A stretch of 64,000 bases of DNA from Guillardia theta CCMP2712 (GCF_000315625.1 NW_005434659.1:633788-697787); one strand, 5' to 3'. Shown: positions 49,801 through 63,569, counted from the stretch's first letter. A program made the numbers and translations. Notes: a model not told the origin generated them from the letters alone.

Positions 49801-49988
49801 CCTNNNNNNNNNNNNNNNNNNNNNNNNNNNNNNNNNNNNNNNNNNNNNNNNNNNNNNNNNNNNNNNNNNNNNNNNNNNNNNNNNNNNNNNNNNNNNNNNN
49901 NNNCGACGGTTGCAACCTCCTCCATGTCTTGACCAACAACGCGAACAAGCTGCAAGAGCAAACAGAGCCCGAGGAGCGCACGATTCAT
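46824..49988 (-). CDS. Signal-peptide-bearing GT41 (SPINDLY/OGT-like) glycosyltransferase, divergent
   Basis: MNRALLGLCLLLQLVRVVG; HDHPHGQVL..VTCY; LARRINAAGTHILLDIDG..RPSCLSVAMLGVVGSTG; YDFLLGDPVASPP; FAEKLLLLPRTY; DLLLDSMRYNGHSTTAEWL..VPV; LPGELMVSRVSASL; LLIARDAEDLIRLA. Spans an N gap; 3' end approximate. Confidence 0.78.
49804..49903. other. Assembly gap (100 N)
   Basis: Run of N next to a (CCT)n tract. Confidence 1.
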
Positions 49989-50030
49989 CTCCTCTCACCC
50001 CCTGATAGACTTCTCATCCTCTTGCCTCTT

Positions 50031-50172
50031 GCTCTGCCCTGCCCTGCCCTGCCCTGCCCTGCCCTGCCCTGCCCTGCCCTGCCCTGCCCTGCTCTGCCCT
50101 GCCCTGCTCTGCTCTGCCCTGCCCTGCTCTGCCCTGCTCTGCTCTGCCCTGCTCTGCCCTGCTCTGCTCTGC
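50031..50172. repeat. (GCCCT/GCTCT)n microsatellite
   Basis: About 28 pentamer units. Confidence 0.95.
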
Positions 50173-50259
50173 TCTTGCTTATCTGGTCACATTCCTTGCT
50201 TTCCCCCTGACACTTTTCCATCAAGAGACGCATCGTATTTAGTCGGGGAGAGGAGCGAG

Positions 50260-50368
50260 AGGAGCCAGGGGGGTCGAGGGAGCCAGGGGGGTCGAGGGAG
50301 CGAGGGAGCGAGGGAGCGAGGGAGCGAGGGAGCGAGGGAGCGAGGGAGCGAGGGAGCGAGGGGATGGT

Positions 50369-50398
<30 letters not shown>
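50260..50398. repeat. (GGGAGCGA)n followed by (GGCA)n microsatellites
   Basis: Visible tandem octamers, then tetramers. Confidence 0.9.
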
Positions 50399-50399
<1 letters not shown>

Positions 50400-50666
50400 A
50401 CTCTGAGAGGGGTGCGATAGTAGGCAGATGAGAGATCAGGATTGATTCCTCTTCTTAAAATCTTCAGCCTCGTCCCCCTCCTTCCTCCTTCCTCCTTCCT
50501 CTCTCCTCTTTCTCCTCCTCCCTCCTCCTCCTCCTCCTCCTCCTCCTCTCCCTCCCCCTCCCCCTCCCCCTCCTCCTCCCTCCTCCTCCTCTCCCTCCCT
50601 CTCCCCCCCTCCCCTTCCCCTCATCCTCATCATCCTCCATGACCTCATATCAACAACAGGAGCGCC

Positions 50667-51179
50667 ATGCATGCCCTGCATGTGCTGGCGTACTCGATGA
50701 TGCTGATCATCAGCATAATCATCGGCTCTAACATGTACAAGGTCAGCGACTCCTGCCATGTTCGTCGTTCTCATGCTGGCATTGTGCGCAGAAGGATGGA
50801 GAGATCCAAAGATACCGGCAAAAGATCAGCGAGCTCGAACGAGAGCTCAAGCTGCACAAAGGAAAGGATGCTCTCCTCCTCCTCATCCTCATCCTCATCC
50901 TCATCATCCTTCTCCTCCTCCTCCTCCCACTGTCTCTCCCCCTCCCTTTCCCTCCTCGTCCTCGTCCACCAGCACCACCGCCAACCTGCTACTTCACTTC
51001 CTCCCAGCTCGTCTCCTCCTCCGCTGACTCAGTGTCTTCAGACTCCTGCCTGTGTGACTGCGCGACTGCCGAGGAGTGGCTGCGGTCGCTGCCATGGCCT
51101 CCTGACGCTTCGAGCTGATGACGCGCGCAGAGCTCAGTGCGAGTGGGAAGGAACAGACTTGCAACAGTGCAAAAGAGGT

Positions 51180-51237
<58 letters not shown>

Positions 51238-51888
51238 CTGAAGGTGAAGAGGGGAGAGGCAGCGGCAGCAGCACTGGCTGAAGACGTTGTTCAAGGCTCT
51301 ACAGCACCCGAGGAGGATGTCCCTGCTGCTGTCCCTGCAGGAGGAGAGGGAGAGGAAGTGAAGGAGCAGAAAATGTGAGCTCTCCCTCGCTCTGCCCGCT
51401 GCTCACGCGATCCCTTCCAGCAACCCTTGGGCTCCCCTCCCCTTAGACCAGCTCTCCGGTGACTTCCTCCAAGCCTCCCCCCGCCTCCTCTCCTCCTCCT
51501 CCTCCTCCGCCTGCGCCTCCTCCTCCTCCTCCGCCGCCGCCGCCTCCTCCTCCTCCTCCTCCTCCTCCTCCTCTCCTCTCACTCTCACCAGGGAACCCTG
51601 AGCGAGACCAGCGGCGTAAGTTGCACGAGGTGCACAAGAAGTCGAACCCGGCGTACAACATCCGGTAGGCAAAGGCAGTAGATCCATCTTCCCTGCTGAG
51701 AGCTCACAGATGCGATGTGACGGACCCGCTCCCTCCTGTCCCGCTCGTTGACCCCGCAGCAACCGATGCTGTCAGGTCTCTGCATGTGCGAACCCAGGCT
51801 GAGACTTCACAGGGAGGCGTGCTCATCTTCGCGCGATACTGGGTGGAGGTGCGGACCGTGTTGCGTTCTGACAGAGAGGAAGAGGAGA

Positions 51889-51927
<39 letters not shown>

Positions 51928-54350
51928 TCAGTGGTAGCAAGGGAGAGAGGTGAAGGTTGGGAGTGAAGTAAGGGAAGAGAGGGGGACAGGAGGACGAGGA
52001 CGAGGACGAGGAGGACGAGGAGGAGATTTCACTTTTGTGTTCACAGAAGGGAGATGAAGACGACTCTGTCATCTCCTTCTTGAGCTGGAAATTTCCTCTT
52101 GGAATCCCAGCAGAGTCGATCCTCCGGGTAAAGGACGATGAGGAGAACGTGCTCCTCGCGGCGCCGAACCCTCCCCTCCAAGGCAGGGGAGGAGGCGGGA
52201 GGAGCTGGGGGTGGTGACAGGGTCCGCAGGGCATGTCTCGTTCGGTCAGAGTCTCTCGGGAGTGATGCCGGTCGTGCTGGAGTTGGTCTCCAAGGACGAG
52301 GAGCAAGTGAGTGGACTGTTCCCCGGCTCCCCAGCTGCTCACGGCCCGCGCAGATCTACGGGAAGAAAATGATAGTCATGGACATCCCCAACGGGGAGAG
52401 GCTGCGCCGGGACGACTACCAGTGCTGGAGGAAGGCAAGCCAGCCCGAAACTCGATCTCTTCACTTCTACTGTCATGACATCATGTTCTGCTGCAACTCA
52501 TATCGTGTTATGCTGCAACTCTTATCGTGTTATGCTGCAACTCATATCGTGTTATGTTACAACTCATATCGTGTTATGCTGCAACTCACCACGACATGTC
52601 TCCCTTTCACCGCCTCATCTCCCACCCTGCCATCGTCCTGCAAGCTGCTCGTTCTGACTTTGATGTGCCGGTCAGAGGCATACTGCCGTTACCCGAGAGA
52701 ACCGCAATCATGTCGATTGTCCTTTCAGTCCCGCGCAATATGATTCGTACGGACAGCTCCCTCCTCTGCCTCCTACTTTTCTCACCTCCTCCTCCCTTGC
52801 CCTGGTCCTTTTCTTGCACTTCCTCTCAATCTCAACGATTGCATTTCCCTCATGTTTCCCCTCTTCTACTTGCTTTCTAGACTGGCTTTTTTTCCCTGCT
52901 TCCTTCCCTCCTCTCCTCTCCTCTCCTCTCCTCTCCTCTCCTCTCCTCTCCTCTCCTCTCNNNNNNNNNNNNNNNNNNNNNNNNNNNNNNNNNNNNNNNN
53001 NNNNNNNNNNNNNNNNNNNNNNNNNNNNNNNNNNNNNNNNNNNNNNNNNNNNNNNNNNNNGCTTGCGATCGCCAACTCTGAATCGCACCTGCTTCTCCTC
53101 CCTCCCTCCCTCCCGTCCCGTCCCTTCCTCTTTCCCCCACTCTCGCCTCTCTCGCTCTCCTTTCCCCTTCTCTCCCCGTTCTCTTCTGCCATCTTACATG
53201 CTTGCTCGCAGGCGAATCATTTCTTCGGGGTCTGGTGATTTCCTTTGCTTCCTCGTCTCTGAGCTGCTTCTCTAGGTCCCGGGCTACACCGTCGGGTTCA
53301 GCACCTTCGGTTCCTCCTCCTCCAGCTGCTTGTCAAGGGACGTGACGTGTGCTCAGGTTTCTCCCGGGCAGACTTCACCTTCATCGACTTCGTCTTCTCA
53401 GCTCGTCCTGCCCTGCAGCACGTGAGGAGCCTGCGGGTCGGTCGGTCCCTTGGCTGACTAGAGGGTCTCAGACGACAGAGCTCGGGACAGGAGGAGGCCT
53501 CGTCTCGCTCTTCCTCCAAGTCTCCTCGGCGATCCGAGCAGGTTTCACGCAGACTTTTGACATCCGCGACTGCCGAGGGGAAGGAATCCTCCGAGCTTGG
53601 AACCACAAGCATGCTTCCTTCCACAACCTCGATGTCTTTGATGGTACGTTGAAATCCTTCTTCAACCACCTCATTCGCTCCCACACTCCTCACTCCTCAC
53701 ATCTCTCTCCTCTCTTCCTCTCTCCTCTCTCCCCTCTCCCCTCTCCCCTCTCCCCTCTCCTCCCTCCACCCTCCTCTCTCCTCTCTCCTCTCTCCTCTCT
53801 CCTCCCTCCTCTCTCCTCTCTCCTCTCTCCTCTCTCCTCTCTCCTCCCTTGTATTCCATGCATCCAAAACTCTTCCAGGTCCGGATGGGATGCATCCAGA
53901 GGTTGTCAAGAGCGTGAGCCGCGAGAACAACCTGGTGCTCTTCGATGGAGGAAGCAAGATGCTCGAAGTAGCGAGGTTCGGCAGCAAGCTAGCCAAGAGT
54001 TCCCTCTTCCTGATCCACGACTGGGAGGACGAGACGTTCGAAGCTGGTGGGTCATTAGGAAAGCATGTGCTTGTGGTCACTCGTATGCTGCCGCAGGTTT
54101 CTCAGGAGCACTTGAACGGATCGGGTTCGAAAGCGTCTATGAGGAGTTTGCGCTGCACATCGGTAACCAAATCTCTCCCCTCCTGTCCCTTCCCTTCCCT
54201 TCCCTTCCCTTCCCTTCCTTTCCCTTCCTCTCTCCTGCTCTCCTGCTCGCCTCGCTTCTCTCTGTCTTCACTCTTCCCCTGTCTTGACGCCTCACGTCCC
54301 TTGTCCCAGGAACCCACCTCCGCGCATATGCTCCTGCACTCAGCCGATGA
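50667..54350 (+). CDS. Type II membrane/secretory protein with C-terminal class I SAM-methyltransferase-like domain (CmcI/Methyltransf_24-like)
   Basis: N-term hydrophobic VLAYSMMLIISIIIG; C-term TELGTGGGLVSLFL, TFDIRD, LVLFDGGSKMLE, LFLIHDWE; TGA 54348-54350. Linkage of the 5' and 3' halves across the N gap is uncertain. Confidence 0.55.
52489..52588. repeat. 22-bp minisatellite, about 4.5 copies, intronic
   Basis: Unit TGCTGCAACTCATATCGTGTTA at 52489, 52511, 52533, 52555 and partially at 52577. Confidence 0.95.
52961..53060. other. Assembly gap (100 N)
   Basis: Run of N after a (CTCCT)n tract. Confidence 1.
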
Positions 54351-54583
54351 CATGAGAGCAGACGAGCTTGTCATCCTTCTACACCGCACGAACTACTTGA
54401 CCATCGTTCCCTCTCATCCTCTCCTCCCCCCTCCTCTCCTCTCCTCTCCTCTCCTCTCCTCTCCTCTCCTCTCTTTCTCGTTAACTCGTAGACATTTCTT
54501 CATTACAATCGCTGTGATCTAAATTTCGTTTGCTCTGTGTCCCACTACAAACCCCAAGAAAAAAAAAAGTCAAATTTCGCAAA

Positions 54584-55407
54584 ATGGCGGGAGGCAAGGG
54601 AGACGAGGAGGAGGACGAAGAGCTGGCGAAGCTGCTGGGGATGCAGATGAGAGAAGTCAAGGAGCTGAGAGAAGTGTTCTCCTTCTTCGATACCGACGGT
54701 CTTACTCCCCCTCCCCTCCCCCTCTCCGTGTCATCCTCTTCCTGCGTAACGATCGCGCAGGTTCGGGAGAGATCTCAATGCACGAACTTGACGAGGCGAT
54801 GAGGAGCCTGGGCATTCAAGTCTCCCAGGCGCGTCCTTGACCCCGCGCGGGCTCGTCTTGGCTGATTCAGTTCGTTCGAGCAGGAGAAGCTGAAGGAGAT
54901 GATGGGAGAGGTAGACGAAGATGGAGGAGGAGACATCTCCTTCGGCGAGTTTGTGCAGCTCGTGATGAAGCAGAAAGAGAACAAGAGCGCGCAGTCGATG
55001 CGAGAGGAGGCCCAAAACATCTTCAAGCGCTTTGACGTCGACGGATCAGGTCCTAGTTAGGCAGACGAGTGAGGGGTTGTTGATGATGTTGAGATCAGGG
55101 ACGATCAGTACAAGTGAACTGAAGGACGCCCTTCTTATCATTGATCCGGTGACTTGTTGAACTCTAAGATCTCATGGTTATCAAGATGAATTGATGGAAC
55201 TCTTGTCAGAACATGTCGGAGAAGAAAATCTCCTCGCTCCTCAAAGCCGCGGACGCTGATGGCTCGGGAGAAATCTCATTCGACGAATTTGCGCTTCTCC
55301 TTGGGCTAGGAGAGAGTGAGATCAAAGAGATGGAGGAAGGGATCAAGGGGGAGCAGGTGCCAGTCGAAGAGAGTGAAGCAGCAAGTAGAGCACGCAAAGA
55401 TGCCTGA
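54584..55407 (+). CDS. Calmodulin/centrin-like four-EF-hand domain
   Basis: EF loops DTDGSGEISMHE, DEDGGGDISFGE, DVDGSGTISTSE, DADGSGEISFDE; probably continues by splicing into the ankyrin region. Confidence 0.88.
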
Positions 55408-55428
55408 TCCAGCTTGACGTCATGACAG

Positions 55429-58215
55429 GAAAGGAACGCGAGAGGCAAGCCCGGAAGGCGAGGATGAGGTAGAAGAAAGATCGTCACCCTGCTCGTCTGA
55501 AAAGCCGACAGGAAGAATCCATGGGAGTTCCTTCAGGAGAAACCCAAAGTGCGCGACAAAGGAGACAAAGCGAGAGAAGTTCCTCTCTACTATGATCCCA
55601 CTTTCCGGTCGTTCGCCCCTGACATCTCGCTGCCTGACCTTTCCGCTGCACAGCACGGCAGAACAAGAGGCGTCAGAGTTGGAGGAGGAGAGGAAGAAAG
55701 CTGAAGCAGGTGTCTCTCCGAACTGCTGTGCTTGCTGTATGACACAGGAACAGCTTCCGAGGCCTGGAACTCAGAGAACGCTTCTGGTCTTTCGAGGTGC
55801 ATCCGAACGCCTCAATTGATTGTAGTCAAACGTTGTGGCAGCTTCCTGGACAAGCTGGAAGACAACGAGGAGAAAGACTCCAGAGCTAGAGATGTGATGT
55901 TGACCCTTCTTCCTTGATGCTGACTCTCCAGCTACACTTTGACCTTTTTTCCTTGCTGCAGGAGGAAATGCGGCGGCAGGAGCAGGAGCGGCGAGAATGG
56001 CTGGAATCTCTCAACTGGGTAGTCCTGACGACAAGAGGCAATGAGGTGCTGAGATGCCTGTCAAGGCACACGAACAGAGTGCAGAGCGCAAGTGGAACAA
56101 GGAGAAAGAAGAGGTAGAGCAAGTTGATGTACCACATGCTGTCTTACTGTCACAAGGCAGAGAGTCAGAGCAGCCTCGCTGGAATGCCATGGAACAAAAT
56201 GTTTCACGAGGTGATGATGTTTGTTGTACAGAGAGCGGCATGTTCAAACTTGCTGCAATGAGAGACAACCCTCACCCTTCTCATCTCATCTCACTTTCAA
56301 GATGAAACAAGTCTCTGACCTGTTCATCCTGCAGGCCGCGAGAGCTTCAGACTTGGCTGCGATGAAACAATACATCAAGGAGTTCCCAGACCGGCTGCAG
56401 GAGAAGGTGTCCAGGTCTACATCCTCCTCCTCTCACTGCTTCATGGCAGGATGCTGCAGGATACACCGCATTGCATGTTGCAGTGGAGAGCGGCCAGGTG
56501 GCGTCAAGGGAGAGGAGGCAAATGAAGGGCTCTGACAGCAGCATCAGATGACGTCTGTCATTCATCTTATCAGCTGCTTGAAGGCAGAGGTGACTGCGTT
56601 CCTCTACTCTTTCTTCTCCTCCTCCGCATCATCATCATCATCATCATCATCATCTCCTCCTCCGCATCATCTTCTTCTTCTTCTTCTTCTTCTTCTTCTT
56701 CTTCTTCTTCTTCTTCTTCTTCTTCTTCTTCTTCTCCTTCTTCATCGAGCTTACTCATCTTCCGTTCCCAGGGACTTGGACTGAACGAGCTCAACAAGCA
56801 GAAGCAGACCGTGCGCGCATGATCTCAAGGATTTCTTTTCTGCCTGACCACGAGCGCAGGCGCTTCACCTTGCAGTCTTCAGCAGAAACGTCCTCCTCAT
56901 CATCCACCTTCCCCTGCCTGACTCTCCCGCAGGAAGAGATGACGCGTGTCCTGCTCGCTAGCAACGCAGAACCCAACACCTTTGACGTCTGGGGAGATGC
57001 TCCTCTGCACAGAGCGGCGTGCCATGGGTATTCCAACCCTCTTTCATCCTCCGCCATTACAACATGCTTTCTCCTCTTTCGACCATCACAATATCCTTCT
57101 CATTTCTTCCTCCTCCTCCTCCTCCTCCTCCTCCTCCTCCTCCTCTTCCTCTTCTTCCTCTTCCTCTTCCTCCTCCTCTTCTTCTTCCTCTTCCTCTTCG
57201 CTCTTCTTCGTCATCCTCTTCCTCCACCCCTCTTCCCTTCCTCGTTCTTTCGCGTCTTCAATCCCTCGAGCTGATCGGGTTGTAGCACGACTGAGATCTG
57301 TAAACTCCTTATCAACAATGGAGCCAAAGTGAACGCCCGAGCGAGAGGTGATGCGAGCCTCGACCTCTCTCACTACTCCTTCCTTCGTCTTCCTTTCCAC
57401 AATCCTCCTCCTCCCCCTCCACCATCACCTCCTCCCCTTCTCGTCTCCTCCTCCTCCTCCTCCTCCTCCTCCGCCGCCGCTGCCTCCTCCTCCTCCTCCT
57501 CCTCCTCCTCCTCCTCCTCATGAGTTACTGCAGGCAGCGGTGAAACGGCTCTGCACTGGGCGGCAAAGCGAGGAAACGTGGAGCTCGCCAGCCTCCTGAT
57601 CGGTCAGACCCGCCCGGTGCTGCGCCGAACTGACGTGAGAGGTGCAGGTGCCAAGGCTGACGTGACGGTGAAGAGAGCAAGAGGAGGAGTCAAGGTGACG
57701 AGCTGGCAGGTGGAGGACGATGCCGAGTGCGTGCCAGCTGTGTGGTGCAGGGATGATGGCGACCTGTTGATGGTGAGGAGAGAGGAGGGAGCTCGAGCTG
57801 AGTGCGAGACAGATGCTTGCTCCAGAGGAGGCGACAGGAAAGGAGAAGAAGGAGACAGCAGCGGCGAGGTTCAAAGCAGGTATGACTGTCGTCTCCCACC
57901 ACAAGCGCTATCCCTTTCTCCTCCTCATTCATCGTGACCGCAGACATGTCGCGCTTGAAAGACAGACCCAAGGGCAAAGTGAGTTTCACGTGCTGCTGTC
58001 TCATGCTGACTTTGTGGTCTGTATCATCACTACCATTCCCATCTACCCGTCGTCTGTTCTTCGTGATCTCCTGCGACGCTGTCAGGACGATCCTTCAGGT
58101 GGTCTCAGTTGCTCCATCATCGTCTTCTCACGCTCCTCCAGCTCAACCCGCCCCCAACAAGAACGTCCGCAAGTCCAAGGGGAAAGGAGCACAGGAGCCG
58201 TCAGACAGACGGTGA
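55429..58215 (+). CDS. Charged coiled-coil + ankyrin-repeat region (probably the C-terminal part of the EF-hand gene)
   Basis: DAAGYTALHVAV, GDAPLHRAACHG|HTEICKLLINNGAKVN, SGETALHWAAKRGNVELASLL..GAGAKAD; 3' end approximate. Confidence 0.75.
56670..56742. repeat. (CTT)n microsatellite, intronic
   Basis: About 24 units, preceded by (CAT)n. Confidence 0.95.
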
Positions 58216-58347
58216 AAGAGGAAGTCCTCAGGTCGTTATCTTCAGTTCTGTAATGTCTGTTCTGTACAAGTACACACGCATGCAAGTAGACTAGCGCACG
58301 TCAACTCCAAAAACTTCCACATGGCTGAGGTCTGAGATGCTGGACCA

Positions 58348-59560
58348 TCACTCTCTCCTCAACAACTGGAGGATGAAGATGAAGAGGTTGATGATGTCGA
58401 GGTACCTGCCAGACCTGTCACCCTTCCCCCACTTGAGCAACACACAACTTACAGGTCAATGGCTGCGATGATGTAATCATCCGGGCCGAGTCGGTTCGTG
58501 ATCATCCTGGACAAAGTCATGACAAGTCAGTAGCTGCCGGGTACAGCAACACAGCCACGTACCATGTGTCGAACACAATGTAAAGAGAGAAGATCACAGA
58601 TCCCGCTAGCGCGTACAGGTAGCGCACGTTGGCTCCTCCTCCAAAGAGCATCATGACGAATCCCCAGATCACAAGGATCCATGTTGCTGCAAACAAGCCT
58701 GCGACAAGAGGCGATTAAAAGAAGTGGGTCGTGCTTAGGCTGTCAGCTACCAGCTCCCAGGAAGCTGAAGTCCCACTTGGACTGCAGCGTGAAGGCTGTG
58801 AGGGCGAAGAAGAGCGACGCGGTGATGCCAACTGCCAAGTCGTGAGTGCCTGGCCCAGGAGACGCTCTCAACGGGTCTTACGCGCCATCAGGACAGAGTT
58901 TGAGCCCTCATAGAAACGAGGGGTGTTCATCGCGCATTTCAGAGAGCCGCCGTACAGCGACATTGAACCTCCCTTTGTTGCCATGCTGAGAGGGACCACA
59001 TTGCCCGACTGAAGCACCAATGGGTCGCAGATGGTGGCCGAGCAAGCTGTCGCCACAGTCATCGCCATCATCACGGTCCTAAATGAGCTGGTCAGATCTG
59101 AACATTTCTTGGGAAGTAATCCCTTACCAGAACGAGAGCAGGATCATGTTAGTGGGGTAGCTATCCTTCTTGAACATGAGCCAAAAGAGAACACCAATGG
59201 ACACGATGAAGACCACAATCTGGAACCCTTGCGACCCTGCCAGGAAGGAGCCAAACGCAAGAACAGTATAGTCTACGCTCTTTGTTTTCACCACTTCCCC
59301 AGGAATTCTCATCGCCATGGCGCAAATCACCGCCGTTGCAATCAGCTGAATAGTGAGGATGCCGTAGACTTTCCTAAGAAAGCCAAGGCGGTAGATTTTA
59401 GAGCAGTCATTCACTGTCGTCCCACCGCCAACGCCCATGCCATACTCATCCTCTGACTTGAAAGCCCCAAGGAAGTTCTGTTTGTCTTCGGATCTATATC
59501 TTCTAATTTCAAACATAATTCAAAAGCAAACAATTAGAATATGTTATACCTGCCGTACAT
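58348..59560 (-). CDS. TMBIM / Bax inhibitor-1 family (LFG/GAAP-like) membrane protein
   Basis: RLGFLRKVYGILTIQL, YPTNMILL, LTAFTLQSKWDFSFLG, YIVFDTW, LGPDDYIIAAIDL|YLDIINLFIFIL; both pH-sensor Asp positions (FDT, YLD) are present; TGA 58348-58350. Confidence 0.92.
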
Positions 59561-61559
59561 CCTGACGTCCTGAAAAGATGTTGATAATTTCTGTGAGTGC
59601 ACAGGTCAACCAAGAATTTCACATGAATTGAGAAGCATGCATTCCTTTATCTTCCCTCCTTCATTCCCGAAATAAAATAAAAATCCCTCTGATACTTCCT
59701 TCCTTCCTTCGACCAAATCCTTGCAGGCCTTCTCTGCTCCCATCTTGGCTTTCCCCTCTACATCCCTCCTCTTCTGACCATCTACCTGACTGAAACTTTC
59801 TTTCCTCCACTGTCATCTTTCCCTCCCTTTTGTAATCTCCTCCTCTCTCTACTGTTAGCTTATCTATCCTTCCTTCTTCCCCTTCCCCCCCTCCCTTCCC
59901 CTCCTTCCTCCGCCTTGTCACTCCTTCCCATCCCTCAGCAGAACCCATGTTTGTTCATGTTTGTCTTCTCAAGGTTTTACACTACCCCTCCAGCTGTGGT
60001 ACCCCACCCATACATTTGACAAATTTACAAGCCAAATTTTGTCGAAAAGATATGGTAGGGGTAATCACCCTACCCTTTCAGAGTGGAACTTCTTCCACAA
60101 ATTCGTCGACGGGTCCATCCTGCGCCTTGGGGTGGTTGACTACCCTATACAAAATACCCCTACCCCCCAAATTTGTATAATTGTCCTGAAGGGGGTACAT
60201 AGTCTCATGAAAATAACCCTGCCTTTGCCACAACACGTTGTGCCACTTGTACCCCTACCCCCAACAATGGAACCACCACCCTATCTATTTGCTCCAGCTG
60301 CGACGAGATCAATCTATGACCCAATAGCTAATTTGATGGATCTCGATTAAATTACCAAAATTTACTGTTTGATTTGAAATAAATAGACAATGTTCGAAAT
60401 CTGGGAACAATCAATGAGGGCAATTTGACTACCCCTTTCGTTCTATGAAATTCCAGAGGGAATAGGGGGTACTGTTTGATGGTGCAAGAGGGTGGATGCG
60501 GGGGATGGATAAAATGTTTTTTAATAATTAAAAATCCAAATTTAATTCAGGGGTGGTAATTATAGTCGTCATGAGCGGAATTGAAGTTTTAGTTTTAAAA
60601 ATAAGATAGCCGAGGGCTACCATGGATGTTTAAAACAAAGTTATATTCCATGGCTTTTTGTACAAGGATCATAAATTACAAAACATTTTATAAAGGTCAA
60701 AACTCCATCGGTACTAATATATCCCACCCCACCGAAGTCCGTGGCCACCCCATCACATCAATGAAAAACTCTCTTCGTATCACCCCTGCTAAAGTACCCC
60801 CACCCATCCAAATACTCCCATTGTTTTTTAATTTCCTCTCGGTGTTCCTGCACGTCATGCATGCACTAGCCGCCTCCTAGACTCGCCCCGCCCCCGCCCA
60901 CCTGGTCCCTCCCCATCCCCTCCTCGCCCATGCCTCCTCCTCTCCTCTATGCAACACCCCCTCCCCGTCCGCATCATCATGATCACCAGCAGCAGCACCA
61001 CCAGCAGCATTGCCTTCATCTACACCCCTTTCTTTATGCATGCAATCCCCCTACTCGCCTCATCTTCATCTTCATGGTATCATGGTGTAAGATCTACCGG
61101 GCAGCTCCATCATGTACATGTTATAGATGATGACCATCAACAACGCTAAAGACACCTTAATGTGGAGCTTGCGCGCTCGCTGTTGCTCTCCTCTGCTCCT
61201 GCACGCGCTACTTCGTTTCTTGCTCTTCATTTCGTCTACGTGCTCGCGTTTCTTCAAGCTGCATGCTCATGGCATTCTCTTCGCGCGATGGCTCCCCTGC
61301 ATTCCCTCACCTCATTCGCTCATGTTTTACATTTCTGGGGAGCTTCCTTCACCCAGATGAGGTCCTTGTACAAATATTGTCATTCTATTCCGGTTTTGAT
61401 CACACTCCCCGTTAACTCCTGTTCACTCGTTTCTCCTTCTTTTCCTGGGCATTTGCATTGCAGCACAAGTACATTCTTCCTCTCTCCATGGATGAAACGA
61501 GCGTCACGCGCGTGCCCCCTGTTGTGCAAGGAGCGTGAGACTGATATTTTCCCTGCCAG

Positions 61560-63370
<1,811 letters not shown>

Positions 63371-63569
63371 GAATCGTGAGAAGAGCTTCTCCTCCTCTTC
63401 CTCCTCCTTGCCAAGTTGTATGGTTGCCCGTCGATTTTCATTAGCTCCAAGTAGAAGAGGGCAGCAGCTGCAGTTTTTGAAGCAAAAAAAATGTGGAAGA
63501 GAAGGAGAGACTTCAGGAAAGCGTGGAGGTTGCCCAGCCACGAGAAAGGCAGAGGAAGAGGAGGAGGAG

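Noticed and set aside
52489-52588. CRISPR-like array
   Set aside because: Units are directly adjacent with no unique spacers, there are no cas genes, and the context is a eukaryotic intron.
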